From NCBI RefSeq assembly GCF_004376175.1, contig NZ_SNUY01000003.1:16823-48822 (forward strand): DNA of 32,000 bases, written 5' to 3'. The position numbers and the translations under genes are program-made. Positions 26,023 to 32,000 of this stretch are shown piece by piece (the first letter of the stretch is position 1; the number at the start of each line of letters is the position of its first letter). The stretch comes from Halalkalibacterium halodurans. GTDB taxonomy: Bacteria; Bacillota; Bacilli; Bacillales; Bacillaceae_D. The notes under the pieces were generated by a model. That model made no database searches. It saw only the letters and a program-made list of their open reading frames with translations, and was not told where the DNA came from.

Positions 26023-27336
26023 ATGTCGAAACCAGTAATCGCCATTGTAGGACGCCCGAATGTAGGGAAGTCTACAATTTTTAATCGGATCGTAGGAGAG
26101 CGTGTGGCCATTGTTGAAGACCGGCCCGGTGTGACACGCGACCGTATTTACAGTCATGGAGAATGGTTAAACCGAGAGTTTAATGTGATCGATACCGGTG
26201 GAATTGAAATCGGTGAAGAGCCGTTGCTCGTACAAATGCGAGCACAGGCGGAGCTAGCGATCAAAGAAGCGGATGTTATTATTTTTATTGTCAATGGACG
26301 TGAAGGTGTGACAGCGGCTGATCAGGAAGTGGCAAAGTTATTGTTTCGCTCAAAAAAACCTGTCGTCTTAGGAGTGAACAAAATCGATCACCCTGATATG
26401 CAGGAGGAGCTTTACGAATTTTATTCATTAGGAATCGGTGACCCAATCCCGATTTCTGGGGCTCATGGATTAGGGCTTGGTGATCTGCTTGATGCCTGTG
26501 TCGAGCACTTTCCAGAAGATGAGGGAGACGATTATGATGAAGATACTATTCGTATTTCATTGATCGGACGCCCAAATGTAGGGAAGTCTTCCTTAGTGAA
26601 TGCAATGCTCGGAGAAGAGAGGGTAATCGTCTCCAACATTCCAGGAACGACGCGGGATGCGATTGATACTCCATTTAGCAGAGACGATCAGGAGTATGTA
26701 TTGATTGATACAGCTGGGATGAGAAAAAGAGGAAAAGTATATGAAAGCACTGAAAAGTACAGTGTCCTTCGTTCCCTTAAGGCAATTGAACGTTCCGATG
26801 TGGTGCTTGTTGTGCTTAATGGGGAAGAAGGCATCATTGAGCAAGATAAAAAAATTGCCGGCTATGCTCATGAAGCGGGACGAGCGATCATTATCGTTGT
26901 AAACAAATGGGATGCGGTTGAAAAAGACGATAAAACCTTGCACCGTTTTCAACAAAAAATTCGGGATGAATTTCAATTTTTGGATTATGCACCTGTTTTG
27001 TTTGTATCAGCTAAAACGAAGCAACGGCTACAACATGTATTGCCGGCGGTTAAAAAAGTCTCGGAGAACCACAATTTGCGCGTCCCAACCCACGTGTTGA
27101 ATGACCTGGTCATGGATGCAGTGGCCATGAATCCGACGCCAACCGATCATGGAAAGCGTCTGAAGATAAACTATGTCACACAGGTCACTGTCGGTCCTCC
27201 GACGTTCGTTTTCTTTGTGAACGATCCTGAACTGATGCATTTCTCGTATGCGCGATTTTTAGAAAATCGCCTTCGTGACACGTTTGAGTTTGAAGGAACA
27301 CCAATTAAAATTATCGCGCGAAAGAAAAATGATTAA
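26023..27336 (+). CDS. der: Ribosome-associated GTPase Der (EngA), two tandem GTPase domains
   Basis: 437 aa with two G1 motifs (GRPNVGKST and GRPNVGKSS), two DTGG/DTAG motifs and NKID/NKWD. Confidence 0.95.
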   Translation: MSKPVIAIVGRPNVGKSTIFNRIVGERVAIVEDRPGVTRDRIYSHGEWLNREFNVIDTGGIEIGEEPLLVQMRAQAELAIKEADVIIFIVNGREGVTAADQEVAKLLFRSKKPVVLGVNKIDHPDMQEELYEFYSLGIGDPIPISGAHGLGLGDLLDACVEHFPEDEGDDYDEDTIRISLIGRPNVGKSSLVNAMLGEERVIVSNIPGTTRDAIDTPFSRDDQEYVLIDTAGMRKRGKVYESTEKYSVLRSLKAIERSDVVLVVLNGEEGIIEQDKKIAGYAHEAGRAIIIVVNKWDAVEKDDKTLHRFQQKIRDEFQFLDYAPVLFVSAKTKQRLQHVLPAVKKVSENHNLRVPTHVLNDLVMDAVAMNPTPTDHGKRLKINYVTQVTVGPPTFVFFVNDPELMHFSYARFLENRLRDTFEFEGTPIKIIARKKND

Positions 27337-27365
27337 TCTCGTAATGGATCCTTGGGGGGAGAGAG

Positions 27366-27986
27366 ATGGAATTAGGCTGGCTGCTTGTCATCGGGAGCTA
27401 TTTGCTTGGGTCAGTAAGTTTTAGTTACATTATTGCGAAGAAAATTAAAAAAGTGGATATTCGTCAACATGGAAGCGGGAATGCTGGAGCGACAAACACT
27501 CTACGCGTGTTAGGGGTTGGCCCGGCGGTAACCGTCCTGTTGCTTGACATTTTAAAAGGGGTCATTGCTGTTGTTGTCACCGTTCAGCTCACACCTGATG
27601 GAGATGGCTGGTTTGCAGCGGCTGCTGGTATTGCAGCCATTATCGGACATAACTGGCCGATCTATTACGGTTTTCGCGGAGGAAAAGGCGTAGCAACAAC
27701 GATTGGCGTGTTAGCTAGTCTTGTGCCACTTGCAGCAGTTCTTGCCGGGGTCATTGCCATCGGATCGATTGTATGGACTCGGTACGTGTCTCTTGGATCG
27801 CTCCTTTTCGTTACACTTACGGCTCTTCTGGTAGCCGTCCTTTCACAATGGTTTGGGTACCCAGTTGCTTATATCTATTTAACGATCATTGTAGCCATCC
27901 TTTCCATGTGGCGACATAGGAGCAATATTCAACGTTTGCTAAGTGGGACGGAGAATAAGCTTGGTCGTAAAAAGGAAACAACGTAG
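27366..27986 (+). CDS. plsY: Acyl-phosphate:glycerol-3-phosphate acyltransferase PlsY
   Basis: 206-aa membrane protein with the GSGNAGATN and GGKGVAT motifs. Confidence 0.9.
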   Translation: MELGWLLVIGSYLLGSVSFSYIIAKKIKKVDIRQHGSGNAGATNTLRVLGVGPAVTVLLLDILKGVIAVVVTVQLTPDGDGWFAAAAGIAAIIGHNWPIYYGFRGGKGVATTIGVLASLVPLAAVLAGVIAIGSIVWTRYVSLGSLLFVTLTALLVAVLSQWFGYPVAYIYLTIIVAILSMWRHRSNIQRLLSGTENKLGRKKETT

Positions 27987-28033
27987 ATAGAAAAGATCAA
28001 TTAGGCCAGTGGCGAGAGGAGAGTGGATTCATA

Positions 28034-29071
28034 GTGAAAAACGTAGCTGTCATTGGAGCTGGGAGCTGGGGAACCGCCCTTTCCCTTGTATTGGCGGACA
28101 ATGGACATCATGTAACCCTTGTGGCAAGGAGAGAGGAAATCGCACGAGAAATCAACGAACGTCATACAAATGAGACGTATTTGCCTTCCATTGAGATCCC
28201 GAGTTCGATCGTCGCCACCTGCTCAATGGAGGAGATCATCGACGTTGAGATTATCGTTCTCGTCGTGCCGACAAAAGCGATCCGTCAAGCGGTTCGTTCA
28301 TTGAATGATGTGTTGAAGCAGCCAGTGACAATCGTACATGCAAGCAAAGGGATTGAACCTGGCTCTCATTTACGAATTTCTGAGATGATCGAAGAAGAAT
28401 TAGAGCCAACATTGTTAAAAGAGGTGGTCGTGTTGTCAGGGCCCTCTCATGCGGAGGAAGTGAGCTTACGACAGCCGACGACAGTGACCGTTTCATCAAA
28501 GTCTCTTTCCACGACAAAACAAATTCAAGATTTGTTTATGAATCAACAGTTTCGCGTCTATACGAATGAGGATCTGATCGGAGTGGAGATCGGCGGAGCA
28601 TTAAAAAATATTATCGCTCTCGCTTGTGGTTTAACGAATGGTCTTGGGTATGGTGATAATACAAAAGCCGCGATTATGACAAGAGGACTTGCGGAAATCG
28701 GACGGCTTGGAGTGAAGTTAGGGGCAAGCCCGCTCACATTTGCAGGATTATCAGGTTTAGGTGATTTGATCGTGACGTGCACGAGCATACATAGTCGAAA
28801 TTGGCGCGCTGGACAAATGCTAGGAAAAGGAAAATCTCCAGCTGAAGTAGAAGAAAGTATGGGCATGGTCGTCGAAGGAATTCGGACGACGCAAGCTGCC
28901 CATGAATTAGCGCAAAAGCTCCAAATCGAAATGCCGATCACCTCAGCTCTCTATTCTGTTCTTTTTGAAGGGAAGAAGCCAGAGCACGCAGCAGATGAAT
29001 TAATGGGACGGGTGAAGAAACATGAAATGGAAAATCTTCACGATGTCGTAAGTGATCAGAAGAACGATTGA
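28034..29071 (+). CDS. gpsA: NAD(P)H-dependent glycerol-3-phosphate dehydrogenase
   Basis: 345 aa with a GTG start after GAGAGGAGAG. It has the GAGSWGTAL Rossmann motif and GALKNIIA. Confidence 0.93.
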   Translation: MKNVAVIGAGSWGTALSLVLADNGHHVTLVARREEIAREINERHTNETYLPSIEIPSSIVATCSMEEIIDVEIIVLVVPTKAIRQAVRSLNDVLKQPVTIVHASKGIEPGSHLRISEMIEEELEPTLLKEVVVLSGPSHAEEVSLRQPTTVTVSSKSLSTTKQIQDLFMNQQFRVYTNEDLIGVEIGGALKNIIALACGLTNGLGYGDNTKAAIMTRGLAEIGRLGVKLGASPLTFAGLSGLGDLIVTCTSIHSRNWRAGQMLGKGKSPAEVEESMGMVVEGIRTTQAAHELAQKLQIEMPITSALYSVLFEGKKPEHAADELMGRVKKHEMENLHDVVSDQKND

Positions 29072-29166
29072 ACCCTATAAGAAAAGAGCCTCCTAGTGCG
29101 TATTTTTGCACGAACTACCATTTGTTGCATACGATATGTTGACACCAAGATGAAGGAGGCTCCTTT

Positions 29167-29436
29167 ATGTCCCAGAACGAACGTTCTTTTTTTGATCACC
29201 TCAAAAATAAGACGAACGTTAATCCTGCCGATTTGTTCAAGCTAGCAGATTCGGTTAGTCAAGCAAATCTTCGAGATGAGAAGACAGTTCGTCAATTGAT
29301 TACACAAGTGTCACGTTTAGCGAACGTGCCTGTACCGAAAGAAAAGGAAGATCAAATAGTTAAAGCGATTTTAAATAATGATGTTCCAACCGACTTAGCG
29401 TCCCTCACGAAAATGTTTAACAACACGAAAAAATAA
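29167..29436 (+). CDS. spoVIF: Stage VI sporulation protein F-like small protein
   Basis: 89 aa preceded by GAAGGAGG. The pattern F..L..KT.V...D...LA.S...ANL.DE.TVR.LI..V...ANV.VPKE.ED.IV matches my recollection of SpoVIF (YjcC). This was not checked by alignment. Confidence 0.55.
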   Translation: MSQNERSFFDHLKNKTNVNPADLFKLADSVSQANLRDEKTVRQLITQVSRLANVPVPKEKEDQIVKAILNNDVPTDLASLTKMFNNTKK

Positions 29437-29544
29437 GGGCGGCTTGTTAGGCAAATACGGAAGGCAAAAGCGTCATGATTGCATATAGTGTAGTGAACAG
29501 ACACTAACATAGGGTTTGTGCTACAAGAAGGGTTTAGTCATGAT

Positions 29545-29578
29545 GGAGAAGTGTTCCCCGCTTCTCCACAATTTTTTT
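29545..29578 (+). terminator. Candidate rho-independent terminator downstream of the spoVIF-like gene
   Basis: GGAGAAG (29545-29551) pairs with CTTCTCC (29561-29567). A T7 run starts 4 nt later. Confidence 0.5.
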
Positions 29579-29651
29579 CTCTTGAGACAAATTTTAAAGC
29601 AATCATGTTTTCTACTATTACCATTTTCGCTTCGATCTATGAAGCTGCTTG

Positions 29652-29660
29652 TGCTATACT
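29652..29660 (+). promoter_or_regulatory. Extended -10 element (TGcTATACT), possible promoter for yphE-yphF
   Basis: TG at 29652-29653 and TATACT at 29655-29660. The -35 position holds only a weak TTCGAT. Confidence 0.3.
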
Positions 29661-29740
29661 ACATAACGTAAATAGAAAATGATCCTCTGCTTGTTTCATA
29701 AAAGTGGACAAGCACGTTGCATGAAAAGGAGTTGTCCGCT

Positions 29741-29950
29741 ATGTCTGATGCGATGATGAATATGTGGATTTCATTCATAGGGCTTTTTTTAATGTTCGTC
29801 TCGGTTGTGACCGCTATTGTAAGCCGAGAAAAATTAAGTGGGTTTTTGCAAAAGGTCGTACTCGTTTTTTCTTTTCTCTGTTTAGTCGTATCCGGTTTGA
29901 TTGTGTTTTACATTGTCATTGGGGGTCCAACATCGACCCACGGGTCGTAA
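29741..29950 (+). CDS. yphE: YphE-like small membrane protein
   Basis: I place the start at ATG 29741 (MSDAMMNMW...), 9 nt after GAAAAGGAG, rather than at the TTG at 29717. It is 69 aa with two hydrophobic helices. The identity call rests on size and synteny. Confidence 0.55.
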   Translation: MSDAMMNMWISFIGLFLMFVSVVTAIVSREKLSGFLQKVVLVFSFLCLVVSGLIVFYIVIGGPTSTHGS

Positions 29951-29990
29951 CCACTGCACCGATGATTATTACGAGTGAAAAGGTTGATTC

Positions 29991-30749
29991 ATGATGAAAA
30001 TGAAGCTGACCACGTTCTTGTGTGCGCTTACGGTATTTCTTCTAGCAGGTTGCCTTTACCCAGATGATAAGCGGGCCGAAAACCAAGTTCCTTACGCAGA
30101 TCAACTTGTTTCCGTTCAACAGGCAGTCGATCAATTTTATTCGGATACAGGAGTCTTACCCATTCAAACCCGTGATCAAAGCGTGATCGTCTATCAGCGG
30201 TACCCAGTCGATTTCCGACAGCTTGTGCCCCGTTATATGCAGCAACCACCAGGAAACTCATTTGAGAGTGGTGGGATCTATCAGTATGTCCTATTTAATG
30301 TTGAAGAAGAGCCAGAAGTGAAATTGATCGACCTTCGTTCACAACGCGAAATGAACCAAGTACAACGGAAGCTCAATGATTACATGCGTCGTCACACCTA
30401 TGCCCCGGTAAAGGACATATTAGATGTTGGTTTGTTTAGTCTTGACTATGAGAAGTTGGGCTATAACGAAGAACCCCTTGTTCCAAGCCCTTACAGTGAT
30501 ACCTATTTGCCGCTCATTTTCACAAATACGGGCGAGGTTATGATTGACTACCGGCTCGAGCTTAATCGCGTATTGCAGCAAAACGAAGGAAATGTGGAGT
30601 ATAGGCCAGGTGAGGATATTCGTGATCTCCTTTTGGAAGATAGCCCGTTTGTCCCGGCATATTCCATTCCATATACGATTGACTCCAAAGGAGAACCCAT
30701 TTACGATATGAGCCTTCCAAATCAATATGAGTTAGGAGAGTCCGAGTAA
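29991..30749 (+). CDS. yphF: YphF-like lipoprotein
   Basis: 252 aa. The signal peptide has the lipobox LLAGC. Its position just upstream of spoIVA matches B. subtilis yphF. Confidence 0.65.
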   Translation: MMKMKLTTFLCALTVFLLAGCLYPDDKRAENQVPYADQLVSVQQAVDQFYSDTGVLPIQTRDQSVIVYQRYPVDFRQLVPRYMQQPPGNSFESGGIYQYVLFNVEEEPEVKLIDLRSQREMNQVQRKLNDYMRRHTYAPVKDILDVGLFSLDYEKLGYNEEPLVPSPYSDTYLPLIFTNTGEVMIDYRLELNRVLQQNEGNVEYRPGEDIRDLLLEDSPFVPAYSIPYTIDSKGEPIYDMSLPNQYELGESE

Positions 30750-30764
30750 TCGGTCTCTTTTTTT
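30738..30764 (+). terminator. Rho-independent terminator overlapping the yphF stop codon
   Basis: GAGTCCGA (30738-30745) pairs with TCGGTCTC (30750-30757) with one mismatch, followed by a T7 run. Confidence 0.65.
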
Positions 30765-31145
30765 GTCTTTTAAGAACGCTTCCCTTCTATGAATGGATAG
30801 AAAAAACGATTGTTTCTGTCTCTAGGACGCGGCATTTAAGCGACGTTTTTTAAGCAGAGAGATAGAAAAGACGAGGAGCCGGCACCTATCTATACGGCTT
30901 TTTCGCTACAAACGAGACGGGAAGAATAGCATCAACCGTTTCGTTTAACGACAAGCTACGTTTTTCTAATCATAAAGTGTTCAGGTCACTCATATAGTTG
31001 ACAAGAGGAAGGGGCATTCTTTTAATCGAGATGTTCATCTATGAACACAATAAAAGGAACAACCCCTTCTCGGTGGCGCGTGTCTTCGCGTTCAGATTCG
31101 TCGAAAAAAAGAATGCTTTCTTCCCGTTGAACATATCAGGTTAGG

Positions 31146-31172
31146 CATAATCAGTGGACAACATCATACATA
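31146..31172 (+). promoter_or_regulatory. Sigma-E-like promoter candidate for spoIVA
   Basis: GCATAAT (31145-31151) resembles the sigma-E -35 consensus kmATATT. CATACATA (31165-31172) resembles the -10 consensus CATACAmT. The spacer is 13 nt and the element lies about 60 nt upstream of the spoIVA start. Confidence 0.3.
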
Positions 31173-31231
31173 TGATAGTGTCCTAGAAACAGGGAACGAC
31201 GAATCGCAATTTTTAATCGGGAGGGGATCTC

Positions 31232-32000
31232 TTGGAAAAGATCGACATTTTCAAAGACATCGCTGAACGTACAGGCGGGGACATCTATCTCGGTGTCGTG
31301 GGGGCTGTACGTACGGGGAAATCTACTTTTATCAAAAAATTCATGGAACTTGTCGTTTTGCCAAACATTGAAAACGAAGCGGATAAAGCGCGTGCCCAAG
31401 ACGAACTACCGCAAAGTGCCGCTGGGAAAACGATCATGACAACAGAACCGAAATTTGTTCCGAATCAAGCTGTCTCGATCCATGTCGACGAAGGTTTGGA
31501 TGTTAATGTACGATTGGTGGATTGTGTTGGTTATGCTGTTCCTGGAGCAAAAGGCTATGAAGATGAAAATGGTCCACGGATGATTAATACCCCTTGGTAT
31601 GAAGAGCCAATTCCGTTCCAAGAAGCGGCGGAAATTGGTACGAGAAAAGTCATTCAAGAGCATTCAACACTTGGGGTAGTCATTACAACAGACGGATCGA
31701 TTGGTGAAATTCCGCGTTATGATTACATTGAGTCAGAAACGAGAGTCATTGAAGAATTAAAAGAAGTAGGTAAACCATTCATTATTGTCATCAACAGTGT
31801 AAGACCTCATCATCCAGAAACCGAACAGCTCCGCAGGGACTTACAGGAAGAGCATGACATTCCTGTGTTGGCGATGAGCATTGAAAGCATGGGGGAGCAG
31901 GACATTAACAATGTTCTCCGCGAAGTGCTGTTCGAATTTCCAGTTCATGAAGTGAATGTGAATTTGCCGAGCTGGGTGATGGTATTAAAAGAAGAGCATT
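31232..32000 (+). CDS. spoIVA: Stage IV sporulation protein A (spore coat morphogenetic ATPase); 5' part, continues past the window end
   Basis: This ORF is not in the track because it has no stop inside the window. TTG at 31232 follows GGGAGGGGA. The translation is LEKIDIFKDIAERTGGDIYLGVVGAVRTGKSTFIKKFMELVVLPNI...TTEPKFVPNQA..., with the Walker A motif GAVRTGKST. This is unmistakably SpoIVA-like. Confidence 0.93.
   Translation, partial: MEKIDIFKDIAERTGGDIYLGVVGAVRTGKSTFIKKFMELVVLPNIENEADKARAQDELPQSAAGKTIMTTEPKFVPNQAVSIHVDEGLDVNVRLVDCVGYAVPGAKGYEDENGPRMINTPWYEEPIPFQEAAEIGTRKVIQEHSTLGVVITTDGSIGEIPRYDYIESETRVIEELKEVGKPFIIVINSVRPHHPETEQLRRDLQEEHDIPVLAMSIESMGEQDINNVLREVLFEFPVHEVNVNLPSWVMVLKEEH

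Noticed and set aside
31151-31663. Two minus-strand ORFs (82 aa and 85 aa) listed in the track
   Set aside because: They lie antisense to the unmistakable SpoIVA reading frame. That frame is missing from the track only because it has no stop inside the window.

Overview
All calls come from reading the sequence and the ORF track and recognising motifs; no database search was run. The window looks like a Bacillaceae chromosome segment in two parts. The organism guess is an alkaliphilic Bacillus/Halalkalibacterium type, based only on gene order and composition.

(A) 1 to about 8.8 kb is an accessory patch full of insertion sequences. It holds:
- the first 19 codons of an IS3-type OrfA running off the left edge
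- an intact IS605-family tnpB with a right-end hairpin
- a 284-bp AT-rich relic ORF
- a second, convergent tnpB that is frameshifted
- an ACR3/SBF-type transporter on the minus strand
- a complete IS256-family element with an 8-bp target duplication
- a CzcO/ArsO-like flavin monooxygenase
- a bidirectional terminator
- a complete IS4-type element with a 7-bp target duplication

(B) 8.8 to 32 kb is conserved core with B. subtilis-like synteny. In order it carries:
- ansA (minus strand), prsW and a small zinc-ribbon ORF
- a SAM-I (S-box) riboswitch with its terminator, leading metI-metC-yitJ-metH
- sleB-ypeB, ypfA (PilZ) and cmk
- a PlsC-family acyltransferase, rpsA and a yphA-like gene
- der, plsY, gpsA and a spoVIF-like gene
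- yphE-like and yphF-like genes, then the 5' part of spoIVA running off the right edge

No rRNA, tRNA or CRISPR array was seen.

The items most worth a second look:
- a compact, GC-rich three-way-junction structure of about 175 nt carried inside the unusually long 3' non-coding end of the IS256 element
- a perfect in-frame 81-bp tandem duplication in the sleB linker
- the apparently catalytically intact TnpB with its right-end hairpin
- the AT-rich transporter/flavoprotein pair whose shared control region is split by IS256
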